Source of the DNA: Spironucleus salmonicida
Lineage: Eukaryota
Length of the DNA: 64,000 nt
Reading direction: 5' to 3'
Assembly (NCBI RefSeq): GCF_000497125.1
Contig: NC_090597.1
Location: forward strand, 1,499,797-1,563,796
The notes below the pieces were generated by a model. The model was not told the DNA's origin. It worked only from the letters and a program-made list of their open reading frames with translations, and did no database searches. Positions 1 to 13,700 of the stretch are shown in pieces. How positions within the stretch are numbered: the stretch's first letter is position 1; each line of letters begins with the position of its first letter. A program made the position numbers and the translations under genes.

Positions 1-435
1 ATCTTACTCTCAACTCCATCTCAATGTGTTTTCGATATTCTTATGGAGTTCCCATAACTATAATTACATTATATTTCGGATCATCACTCAGTTTATCATC
101 ACCTGATCTCTTACATATCATCTGATATATAAATACTTTATATTACTGGCCACTCCACGCCTTCAGCTTTGAAAATTGCTAATAAATATTATGCCTCAAG
201 CAATAGAATGTCAAAGATCATTATACAATTTTATAATCTAGAATTACTTTTAGTAGATTCCTGCTATGCTTAATAGTTTTCCAAGGCAACAAAAAATGCT
301 ATTTTTGCAAGTGGCTTGAGGCAGGAGAGCATAAGTTTTGGAACAGACTACTATGGATACGCTGCAAATACTCGATTCAATTAATTTAGATATAAAAATT
401 AGGGGAGTGTGAGATAAGGGAATACTTAATTATGA
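1..435 (+). CDS. Peptidase C13 family, GPI-anchor transamidase (GPI8/PIG-K)-like, 5' partial
   Basis: Frame 1 is open to TGA 433-435 with TAA/TAG=Q. It reads ILYITGHS...LLLVDSCYAQ...IFASGLRQESISF, matching the C13 His (YxTGHG) and Cys (DTCQA) motifs and the following ASS..GE.S.S segment. Confidence 0.6.
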
Positions 436-834
436 GAAATAAATAATAGTAAGTGCTTTTATATAAATGATTAGATTTTAATACCTTAAATGTTAATTAT
501 AGAATCAATAATCTATTTATAACTGCAATAAAATTTATATAATTTTTAACAGATATCAATTTCATAGTCATAATATAAATATTCTGAAGGTTTAATGTAA
601 TAGTAAAATAAATTTATTATAATTGTACTGAAAATTGTTATTTCAATTTAAACTGAGAATACGCACCTTAAAATATTTAATATAAACTTATAATTCTTAT
701 ATTAATTTAAAATACCATCTTAATACTTAATATCAAAGCGAACATAATTAAGTAGCTATTATAATGTACCTTAATTGAAATATAATTCAATTATAAGGCA
801 TCTCGTATATAGCATATAATAGTAACTTCCGAAT

Positions 835-2847
835 TCACTCAACAAGTTTAAGTATATTTTTGTTCAACCCACCTTTTACCTTGCTAAAATTGTGGCCTAG
901 ACTCTTGCAAACAGCCCTAACTATTACAGAGCCTTCCTCAGCTTTAATCTAGTCAACACTCGTAATATGAACCCAACTGTTAAGAATATTTGCAACAGCG
1001 TAGCTATCAACAATCTTATTGAACACTAGAACATTCAATAAGCCTAATACTTCTTAAATAACTTCTGGTAAAAATCCTTTGACTGCCTTATTCTACATTA
1101 GCAACGTTTCATCAGAAATCTCCTCGTTAGGTTATCTAGTGGTCATGACTGAAAAGTTTACCCGAGAGAAATTATTATCTTCAGAACACACCCAATCAAT
1201 TAGATTGTTCAAATTCTATAAAGTCTTTTTAGAAACAATTAAGGTAGCCTAATCATCTAATTTGCACAACATTCTCAAACCAAAAGGAATGATTGCTGCG
1301 AATTTAATACTCCTTCTTTAATTGATTAAATGGATTAATGCTCTTGTCTCCATAATACTACAAGGAGGAATTCTGGATGGTCTGACAGTTTTGAATTTCT
1401 TCCTTAGTAAGTCTAAAGAAGTTGCGGAATGTAAAAATGGCATGAGAGAAATAGATAGTTGGCTTAGTGAGAATATTGCATTTAAGTTTTATTGATATAA
1501 AAATTGATCGTCTTCTGTTAAATCGGCAATTTCGACAAGTATATCAAATAGATTATAAAGATTTTGTCCAGGAACCTTTAAGCAGATAACTTAGCTAGTT
1601 TAGAAATCTTCAAAGAACAATTTTGTTGAGTCAATGAAGTTGAACGAATCGGAGCATAAGATACTGATAAGTTCAAATAATGCAAATAATGCATTTTTAT
1701 GTTCAATTACACATTTTTTGTTTATTACAAAGTTCAAATATTCTTTTACAAGGGGAAGGAAATTACTTGTTGCAATTTTTTCAGATACATGTCTAAACTA
1801 ACAGAAGCTGGCAGTGATTTCAAACAAATATTAACAAATATGATGTTGATTATCAGAGTTGATAAGGACAAATGAAATATATTAGCAAATTTAAACTGTT
1901 GATCGAGAACCTTTATTTTCCATATGATTAAAGGCATCTTCGGCGAAGCTCCTTATTTTCATAGCTACTGCGAAGAACTTTAGAATTTCCTCTGAAATTT
2001 AAAGATCTACCGTAGATTCTGGGACACAGTAAAAACGAATAATACCAAATAGGTCCATTTAAGATAGTGATGTAGTCTCTTAATCTAAAAAATGAAGGAA
2101 TTCTTCGTTTTCGGTAAACTCTGTTGGAAAATTCAACTCAGTAAATGCAAGTGATAAAGTTTTGAATATAGAAATAACAAGTTTTCGAGAAGGAGTAATT
2201 GAAGAATTAAGTAAAGATGACAAATATGTGACTAAAGTAGTAGGTAAACGCGCTGCCAATGATTGTGCTTTAAACTAAGGATATTAAAGTACTGACTACA
2301 TAGCCTCCAATATTACAAAGATCTGACCAAAATCTTCTTCACCTAATGATCCATGAATACGCTAACAAAGATAAACAAGAAGCTGAAGAGCTGTTTTGGA
2401 ATATACTTCCTCTGATTCAACATAGTTCTGATAATACTTTGCAATAAAAACTGCTGGGGCATCAAAAGCTTCCTCAGAAAGCTATTATCCAGCAAATCCT
2501 GCGATTTACTCAATAAGCTTCATACCAGATAATGCAGAATGATCTAATTCGGCTGCTCTTGCAAGAGTTAAAATTGCATATTGACGTGCGAAGGCTGCAA
2601 CAGAACCTGAACAATCTCGCAAAAGAGATATTGAAGATAGAATAATGTGTTAGAGATTTGATGGAATAGCTGAAAAATAAAAACAAAGGAGTGCTGAAAA
2701 TCCTTAGATCTCTTCATCGCTTGAAGATAGGAATACTGTAATTTTGTTAATTTATACTTGGGATAGTTATTTAAGATCTGATTTAATATTTAGCTAGAGA
2801 GCATGAATTGCTTGCTTGATCTCTTCTTGGGTTATAGTTGGGTACAT
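835..2847 (-). CDS. Hypothetical ARM/HEAT-like helical repeat protein, 670 aa
   Basis: ATG at 2847 (MYPTITQEEIKQAIHALQ...), ends ...LNKNILKLVE-TGA at 835. Leu/Ile-rich helical pattern throughout; the fold is inferred. Confidence 0.7.
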
Positions 2848-3006
2848 TTGGAAAGATAAAAATTAGAGCGGTGAAAAAAAAAATAATCTAAAAATTATAT
2901 AATAATATAAAATGCAATAATAAAATAATTATCTGATGTAATAATAATGAAATTAATAAATTAACTTAGAATTAGCTTTTGATAATATATAAATTTAGAA
3001 TAATAA

Positions 3007-4731
3007 TCATTCACTCATAGTTAATAAAACTTAAAGCAGGTTTTATAGATATAATTTATCCGTAGTAAAAGGGACTAATATTTAAAGTTCGGCATAAACC
3101 GCATCTTCTGAAATCTTGTTTAAAAGCTCAATAAAATACTTATCATGCTCTGTTACTTTAAATATAAATGTATTACAAAATTTTAAAGCTCTTTCAACAA
3201 AGTTTGTTAATTTAAGTACAGAGCATTGACATTATTTCATTATCTACAAGTTAGATTGTTGATATAATCCGGTTACACTGTTATATTATACAAGTAACTG
3301 TAATACTGCAAATAAAGATTATTATAATGTGTATATTATAAAACATATAATATCTTAATTATTGAAGTGTAATCTTTAATTAATATATTCTTTGCCTTTT
3401 AATGAATTTATATTCCTTTACAATATAACTTATATAGCTGGATCGTAATTTGTTTAATTAGGATTATACTTACCAATTTTATTTATTAGTAATGATTTTT
3501 CAGATTACTACACATAATATGCATCTTAACAATCCCCTGCATCATCGGATAAGTCGACTACTTAGTCTTCATATGCTTAACGAACTTTATCTGCCGAATA
3601 CTCAATAGGATTTTCTTAGATCTTTAATAATGTTTCTAGTTTATCTGATAATAAATTAAAAATAATTTATGCACATTAATAATTTAGTCTAGATATTAAG
3701 CTTAAGTAAATGAAAATCATAGGTGTTATCTTTTTACATTAAGATAAATATATTTTCAACTATTATTAACATAGTTTTTAAACATTTATACCAATTTTCC
3801 CTCTTATTTCGTTGGAAAAAGTCATATAAATTGCATACATTTTTATTAGATACTCAAATTTTTAACAGTCTACATTAAAATCAAACTCTATTAGCCTTAA
3901 ATGAACCAAGTCAAAAAAGTTCAACTATAATAACTTCCCAAAAGCTCTGATAATATTATCATTTACACTATCATCAAAATAATAATCTTGAACTAGGAAC
4001 AATTACGTAATTATATTAGTAAGCATTATTGAATCGACTAACAGATTACTAGTTTCAATAAGTTGTTATAATTACATTTTTCTCAAAGAAGATTAAAATT
4101 AACCAAAAATCTTTTAAGAAATAATCCATGAAGCTTAATTTTTCATTTATATTTTTTAAAGTGTCTCGTTACCTGGCAACTTCTTAGATTATATACAGAA
4201 GTTCTGATCAAAATTTTTTGAGATATAGTCAACAAGTCGTCTACTAACAACTCCTGACTATATTTGACACTAAAGATTATGTGGCTTGTTCACAATATCT
4301 TTCAAAAATAAATGTTTAATAAATTGTTGTTAAGGATTATTTTAAGTTTATTACTGAGTTGGTTGTTTCACTTACTATTTTTATGATGGTTTCACGATAA
4401 ATTAAAATTATTTTTCAGTTACTTGTGACGATTAATTTTAATCAATAATAAGTTTTTAGGTTTAGACAAATAAACTATCTTTTTACTCATCTATCTTTAA
4501 TTTTATTGTATTTTGATGTATTTATCGAATTTATTCTAGAGGCTTATGTAGAGTTCCTTAGAAATCTGGGTACAAAATTTATTATTTTTAAGGTTATATT
4601 ACAAGTTAAGTTGGTTTTTAACTTGGACTGAAGTTATTTGTACCCACTAGTACTAATTTTTTGGTTTGTGATACAGTTTCGTTATTCAAGACGACAACTT
4701 TGGGTAATTAGATTGGCGCCTTGTGATACAT
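3007..4731 (-). CDS. Hypothetical protein, 574 aa
   Basis: ATG at 4731 (MYHKAPIQLPKVVVLN...), ends ...QVLLTMSE-TGA at 3007. Spot-checked frame is open; no family recognised. Confidence 0.7.
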
Positions 4732-4768
4732 TTTTAATATATAATATTATATATAAAATAATAAAAGC

Positions 4769-7700
4769 TCAAATTCCTAAAATTGTTAAACAAATATTTC
4801 TTAGTAAAAATTCTTCTTTAGAGATTTAAGTTTTATTACGAACCATAACATAATCAACAATTCTATTGTTAACTTTGATAGGGATTTCAATGTATCCATC
4901 TGGTATTTTTAGGTCATTGCCTATGATTGTAAGCCCGTAACAGTAAACATCAAATAGTTATCTATATCCTATTTATGTTTCCTAATTTTTATCTACAAAA
5001 GATTATAAATGTAAATCATATGTAGCACCTATCATTTCTAGTTCTCTGAATAAAATTATGAACGGCTATTTTCCCTCAAGCGGGTAAAGGTTAATTTCCC
5101 CAGCTTCAGAGACTGATGGTATTTTTTCTAATTTTTCTAACAATAAAATAATCCTTTATTTAATCAAACTTCCACCAGTAACTATAGCATTCCTAAACTT
5201 AATAAAGATAAAAATTTCTGGTAATATATCGGTGAATACACAAGTATTTAAAATCCATTCATGTTCAAATATACCAAACTATCTACCACCTAATATAATA
5301 TTTAGCTCTTAATTTATTGAATTTTCAATTAAATCTGAAAATAATATTTTAGGAGAGAAAGTTTTCGTTTAAACATAAGATGAATGAATTTTAGTCTTAA
5401 TATTAGAAATGAATTAATCAAATAATTAAGGCAAAATATCGATATCTCTAAGTCTAAATAGTTATGGTGCTACCAAATTTTAAACCACATGTGAACTAAA
5501 TAAAGTTCTAAGAGAACGCATTTCTTAAATTTTTGGATTTGTGTAGGTTTAAAATATTTTATCAATTTTAGAAATTATTGGAAATAAAAATAACATAACA
5601 TCCTCTTTGACAGATGCTGTTAAATCTATTTTCTGATAATGCCCAAAATCTTTAGTTAAACTTTAAATCAATTATTTTCTAAGTTATTAATAATCTTTTT
5701 TACGAATTATTCTTCTTTAGCAAAATAATAACTTTTCTGTATTATCATTAATTTCTTATACATTAAGCTTACGGACACCTTATACTGCTCCTTCATATAA
5801 AACTAATTAATTTAATACATTTTAATAAAACGAGTCTTCCCCTATAATAAAATCTAGTTTATCATTTTATTAGCTTGTCTTTGCTTCTGAAAAATCTATA
5901 TCTTAGTATTCACCTTCTTCCTCAAAAACTTCTCCTTCTGATGAATTAAAATCGAATTCTTCATCATCTATCTAACAATTTTCATCATAATTATCAATAT
6001 CAAAAACATTTGATGGTTACACATCTTCTTCATCTTCATCTAAAACGATTTAAACATTTTACTATACTTCTTCACCTTCTGAAATTTCAATAATAGAGTC
6101 AGAATCTTCTAAGCTTTCATATCTTTATCCTTTGTTCATAGCGTTAATTTAATTTTTAAATAGTATCTCAACAAATATATATAACAAATCTTTAAGAGTT
6201 ACTATACTATTAAATTTCTTTGCTAAAGATTCAATAATTTTGCAATCATATAATTATCTTGATATATCATAATGAAAATTGATAGATTGTCCATATAATA
6301 TTCTATATTATGTAGCTTATAATTCAGTTTGAAAGGTTTATAAATTTGGAAGCTGTGATATACAAACTTATACAAATATCTGTTTGATAAACTAAATATT
6401 AAGCTATTCAATTTTAGGTATAGATATTCCATTTTATATTATTTATTCAACATGATCTTAAAGAACTTAAGTAATAGCTAAGGTAAAATTATCCTATAAA
6501 TTTTATGGTTTTTAGATAATAGCAAAAGATGGTTCAATAATTGATAATAAAGCTTAAAAAGATTTTCTGTATTCCTATAGTTCTTTAGCATCTTTTTAAC
6601 ATTTCTAAATGGGAATTAAAATAAATAATGGCAGAATCATCTCAAAAGTGTATACCTATTGTTTTTATAACATTATGCTATGCAAAAAGTTTAATAATTT
6701 TGTACCTCCATTCATAGGATCAGCATCAGTTATCATAATTTAATCTTTCATGTCTTCAAACTGAAATTTATTTGAAAATCTAATTGGAATATTCTACAGT
6801 ATCTTTAAATCAGCTACTGATATAATAAATGTAATTAATTATTTAATAGCGATGGTTTCATCGTAAAATATAACAAAAATTTGATCTGGAGTATGACCCA
6901 ATTATCCAAGATATTGATAATGTTTAGATTAATCATATTCCTCCTTTTCCATTATTAATTTTATTTTTTAGTAATATCGCTATAGATCATTTACTGCTGA
7001 ATAAAGTAACTCACAAATTATAAATAAAGAAACTGATATTAATTAAGTTGTAAATTATTAATTGATTGTCCAATTTACAGAATATGGATCTATAAATGTA
7101 AGGAATGAAGTATAAATTGGTGAAAAATCTTAGGTTATTTTACTCATGACCCTAGCTCTTTCCGTTTAATATGTAAATTATCCTCGTTTAAATATACCTG
7201 TTATTAAATTTTCAGTATTAGGATAGAAATTTTATATTATTGTTTATCTATTAATTTATCCTTGTATAGTCAAGTAATTAGTCATAAGATACTAAAATAT
7301 TTGTATATTATCTGATACATATTATGGTTACATAATGTTACACATTAATAAAACAGCATAAAATCCTTGCGTTGTTGGTTCGCATAACTTAAAAGATAAT
7401 TATTATATTTATTTGTCATCATTTTCGGCATCATATAATATGCCCTTTAATATCGTCAAAAAATCGGTCTTACAAATATCATTGTCAATATTATCATATT
7501 AACCTCCTTCTTCATATTATTCCTCCTCCTATTCCTCTTCTTCTTCAGTATTTTCATTTTTGAGAATTATTTTTTAGTTTCTCTTTGAGAAATCTACTTT
7601 ACCAAGGAACTTTTTTAATAATGTATCTTATGTTTTTTTATAGTATATAATTATCGATCCAAAAAGATGCTTACATTATGTAAATAATACAAATGAGGAA

Positions 7701-10700
7701 TGATGTTTAATAAAAAATGGCATTAAATCTTCAATTATTTTGTTGTTACTTAAAGCTGATAATCTAAACCAAGCATCTGCTAACACATCTGACATATGTG
7801 TAATAGATGGAAAATATTATTAAATTTCATTTATCTCTTATACCTAACTAAAATCTTATTATGACTAAAACTTTGATGTTTTACCAAAGATTTACATAAG
7901 TGAGCTGCCTACTAATAATCTTAAATGATCTTATAAGGAAGAATGTAGTGTTTATATACATTATTTTATATAAGTTTGAATAATCGCATCATCTTCAATA
8001 CAATCATCATATTAAATAAGTGAGAAGAATATTAAATTTAGTAAGAAATAAACAGAATTTCCTGATTATAAATCTAACAGCGGTGTAGTAAGTGTCAGTA
8101 AAGTTAGTAATACAATTTCTATCAAAAACTCATTAAGTAATTATTTTTCTAATGTCAATGCTACTTCAATAGGGTGTTCTTTCGACAATATAACCTAACC
8201 TTAAATTTCTTTCTCTCTTGTTATATATTGTGAATTAATTATTTTAGCTTTATCTAATAGCTATTATTTATTATCTGTTATTTTCTAACAAATGTATATT
8301 GTTAAATTAGAGCCGATCAAGCATTCTAATTAAATAAATTAATCAGCTAATCCTACAAATAATTATTATACAAAATTAATAGCTATAGCTGCTTATTTAC
8401 AATATTATAATCCAATCGTCTAACATATTTAGTTAGTTAAACATCTAGCAGATATAGGATTATCCTAATATGGTAAATATTATTTTTGAGTTTATGTAAA
8501 TCTATATTGGTACTTGTTGTTGAATTTTGATCTATCTTAAACTTTTTAAATAAATTATTATTTTTAGTATTCTATATAAATAACTTATTTTAAAACAATC
8601 ATCATTTAAGAAAACTCATCAAATTATTATAGTGAACCATTCAATGTAAAAGACGTTCTTATACCACTTTAAATAATATTAATAGGTGAGCACACATAAG
8701 AATTTATCAAATCAATAAAATCTGTATCTTACATTTCATATTATTGTTTGCTTAATGAAGTTTCTTTGTCCTTGAGATTCTATTATAATTTTTATATATG
8801 CACATCTTACGATTTTTGTTCAATGATGTTATAAAATAAATATCTATTTAGCAATTAGCTCATCTTTTTAATTTAATACTTGCTTTATGCTTATAATAGT
8901 CGCGATTCTTCCTGATAATATCGTATAGTCGTTTTTTCGGAAAATACAGATTTCATTATTTATTATGTCATAATGTCCACACTATTAGACTCTGCGACTT
9001 TTTACTTTATACTTCCAATTATACAAATTTGATCAATAAATTCTTATGTATATAAACTAGAAATTTTAAATTATTCCTCTAATTTTATTGGCACTTAATA
9101 ACTTATTATAATTTTATATCGATGAAGAGCTTAATTGACAACACAACTTTATTATCCAATATAAATGGTTTGTCTTTTTTAGATAATCCTACGGGATCTT
9201 AGACTTAAAAATTTTCTTAATGTTGCACAGTTGTCTTGGACTGCATTCTGGCCATAATTAGCGAACAGAATCATATAATCAGTAATTGATAGAACTCTAC
9301 ATAACAATGCATTAAATTTTTACGGTTCTAATAATAAATCTATCATTATTAATCTACGTTTGATATCATTAATCATTTATGATTAATGTTGATTTTCTTA
9401 TCCGTTGATTACTTATTATTAGACTTTTGTAAAGTCTAACTCTGCAGATGATCGTTTAAGTAGTTCCAGCAGACAAGCTGCTGGTATTAATAAATCTTAA
9501 TTTAATAAAAATGTTGTTTTACCAACTACTGTAACATTAATGGCAATATTATATAGACTAACTAAATCTGGATCATTTTATTTAAATTATAATTTTAATT
9601 AATCTAGGATCAAAAGTATTGGAAAATCGAAAGAGCAAGTTGCAATGTAATTGTTTTGAATCTAATTTGGATTAATATTACACCCAGCTATTATTAGTGG
9701 ATTTTTCATAGAATATACCTTTTCTGTTATAGGAGAGTCTGCTGGGGACAAATACTTTACAAATGGTATGCCAATATTTGAAACATCAGCAAAAACACTA
9801 CTTTCTTAAATTAATGTCGACATTAATATCAAGAACAAGTCATATTTTGATTACATTTATTTTATTGGAACCTCATTAATTTTTTAAACTAATTTACTAG
9901 TATATCCACTAAGTTTTGCGAATTTTCCACCTTTCAATGTTTCATATATTTAATCCTCATCAATCAATTCAGACTATCCAAAGAATAAATAACAGGCCAT
10001 AATAATACCATCAATATGTGCAGAGTATAACTATTATTCAAAAAATTTATATTAACTTCTTAAATATTCCATTAACGTAAATAAATAATTTCGAATTTAT
10101 ATTGCTTCTTAAACTGAACAATATAATTATTAATGTAAATCAAATGTTGCACATTTCGAATTAAGCAAGTGTTCGTGATTCTTATTCAAACCTAAATTAC
10201 TTATAACTGTTTAAACATACTTATAATCCATATTTTATGAATTACTTGTATAATTTCTTTATTCTTATAATATTTACTATTTTATTGATTCTGAACTAAC
10301 ATCAAATATATTAACCATTTATTGCTTAGTTTGTGATGGTGCTGCAATAGATTCATAAAAATGATATGCAATAAATAAGTAATTCATGTTATCAAAAAAG
10401 TCTTATACCGAAGAGTAAATTTAATTTATTAATACAGATGATATTTATGTAAATTCATTAAATGAAATTTGAAATTTACCTGATAAATAACCAATTTACT
10501 TATATATAGATACCATCATAGTGGCTGTAATTTACTAAATATGTGTATATTTTATCTTAAAACGTTCTAATACCGTGAAATTTTATGGAAGTATGCAATT
10601 TGATAACTAAAATAATTTTATTATATTTTGCGGATGGAAATGAATTGTATTAAATTTATTTAATGTTAACTCTGTGGTTTATTTTTATGTAACATATTAT

Positions 10701-13700
10701 ATTCCACGTAAATGATTTATATCATAAGCATTCACCATCTATTCAATAATATTTCCTACCGTATTTAAATTTATTATATTATCCTCATCTAATTAATTTG
10801 TGCCATATTCTAACTATGGACTATAACATTTTGGCGAATCATCTATAATGACTAAAGAGAATGTGACTGCTAATAAAGACACTAAATCTTTTATAGGTAA
10901 TTCATACTAAAGATTTAGATGTAATGACACCATTTTGAGAATGGTACTCATCTCATCGTGGTCAAATATATGCTGCATAAATGTATCCTATTATAAACTT
11001 TACAATATCGATGTTAGAAGTGGTATATCTGTGCTTGATTACCTTAGAAGTAAACTTCGTGGGCAAACTATTATAATATCAAATGGTTCGTCACAAAATT
11101 TGGATGAGTATTCACCTAGATCTGGGAAATTAATATCATTGATTAAATCTCCTAATTTTCTTTTGCTAACATCTTCGTGCTTGTTCTTTTTATTAGTTTC
11201 TTAAGTGTAGTTTTCTTTATATAATGTTAATCTTTATCCTAATTGATTATTATGTTAGTAAAACATAAACTCCGAATACAACTTCCCTTAGTGAATCTTA
11301 CTTGCAGGTAATTTATTGGAAAGCCAAGAATTCAACGTTACACCTATAACTTTTGACTACTAAGATGACTATGGATTATACATTTATTTTGTAAATGCAA
11401 ATGGACTAAAGCAAAATATAGGCTTAATCCCTAATGCCATTAAAATGCTAAATCGAAATAATTATAAAATTAACACATATTCTATTGCATCAACCGAAAG
11501 ATTAGAATTGGCTTATAATTCAACCATTAAGCTTCTTAAACTTTCTACTAAATCATTAGTTGCTTATTTATCAATTTTACTTTTTGTTTTCTTTTTAACA
11601 GGTGCTTTAGTAGTCGCAATAATTTACAATAAATTATTTATATCTATAATAACTTTTCTGTTACCTGATAAAGTATTAAAAAATCGATATTAATTTATAT
11701 CAAGGTTTTATATTTTCATACCAACAGCAATTTATGGAGAGCAAATATCGTCATCAAATTACTATGCAGTATTACCTGACTATACCGAAGAGGCTTTTGA
11801 TGAAGCTGAAGATTTTGATGCCTTTGAATAACTAGAGGCATTATCAGAAATATCTTCCTCTTGAAGCTCTAATTCGGATTTATTCATTTACTCAAATGCA
11901 CTTTTAAATGAGTCAGCAGACATTAAATTGTATTATGATACAGTGCTTAGTATCTAAATAAATAGATTATAAGAATTACTATTTCCATTTGTATTGAGTT
12001 ATAATTAAAAGATAGGTATCTTAATACAGTAAATAGCACTTTACTAAATGCCTCGGAAATCCATCTAAATATTTTAATTTACTGACTCTGCTGATTCATC
12101 ATCTGATTAATGTGAATCAATTTAATTCGCCAAATCCTCATCAACAATTATATCCTCATTCGTACTGCTGTTTTCCTTTTTTTAGTTATGCTTAGAAACA
12201 TTAAATGAAATTGTTGATTTTTTACGAAGCTATTCTCTACTACTTTATAAATCTTTAGATGCATCATTGATATAATTTTAAAACAAGCGTGAAAACATCC
12301 ATTTAAAATTACGTAAATAATCATCGCCATGAAAATTTGTGAGACCATCATAATTATATGGTTGAAAAATCTATGTTTAAATTTGAGTTTTTAAAATATT
12401 TATATTCATGTTTTTCATTTCTATTAATTGTAGAATAATCTTGTAAATAGAATGCAGTAAATATGGATCTAAATAATCTGAGCATTATGAGTATAGCTGA
12501 ATAATATGAGCAATAAAAAATGGATTTTATCTACACATTCCTGACGCCTAAAGGCCAGATAAGTATATGTGTCTATAATTTTATTTATCTAAATATTATT
12601 CAAATGAATATATTATTTTTGTGGACGATGGGACAGGTTAGAGAAAAGCAGATACTATTTTTTTATATGAAAGCTTTTTCTAAACTAAGTCGTGATCAAT
12701 AAGCATAGGTGGAACTCTATAGAATAATTTGTTTGCAAATTTATTAGAAAAAGCTTTAACAACTTGTTAGTATGATGTGCTAAAGTTTTCATTAATCACA
12801 CAACTTTAAGTTAAAACGGCCAATAATGTTGGATACATCTATACATGGTTTTAAGTATTCTACCAAGGATGAAATAGTTTTATTTTTATTTTATCCTAAT
12901 CAATAATATTGCTATTTTCTTTCTATAGAGAGTCTAGACTTAAATAACCTAAAAGATTCAATGATGTAAATCTTTCGAGTAAGTTTATTATTTTTTAACT
13001 ACTAATATTAAGAGTTTTGAGCGAAATAATAAGGCTGTAAATATTCAGCTATTTAAAGATATCATCCTAATTTAAAGCTATTATAGTTTAAAGTAGTGTT
13101 GGATTACCTTTTCTATTATTTGTTGCATTTTCAACTGCCGTTGATAAAAATTACTCAAACTAAATCTCCTAATATTATTTATCATACTACAATCCAAATT
13201 TTTCATAATCACCTACTAAAGATATCCACAAATCAGGACGCATTTCTCTTTTAGCATCTTCGATAGTGAAATTCACATCTAATTGTGAAAATTTTTTACT
13301 TTATAAAACTATATTTTTATAACTTGGTAAAAGAATATTTATCTCTTTAACAATTTAATTAATAAATTTAAAACTCTTAAACATTTATTCTGGTAAATTA
13401 CCTGAAATAAGATTCATTCCATTAAGGAAAGATGATACCCATTCATCATTCATAGTTGTATATTTTTATACGAATAAATATTTAAAATATTTCCGTAGAA
13501 ACTAAATAGAAATAGATGGGATTTACAATTTGAAATGACAATTATTTAGAATTTACGGGATATCCTCTGATAATTCTAATAATATTGATGTATCAGATAA
13601 TTATACTGGCCCAGAGTCTTTATTAGTTAAAATTTCACTTTAAATTACATCTAAAATATGAGATGATATAATGTTTTATTAAACCACATGATTTCGAAGA

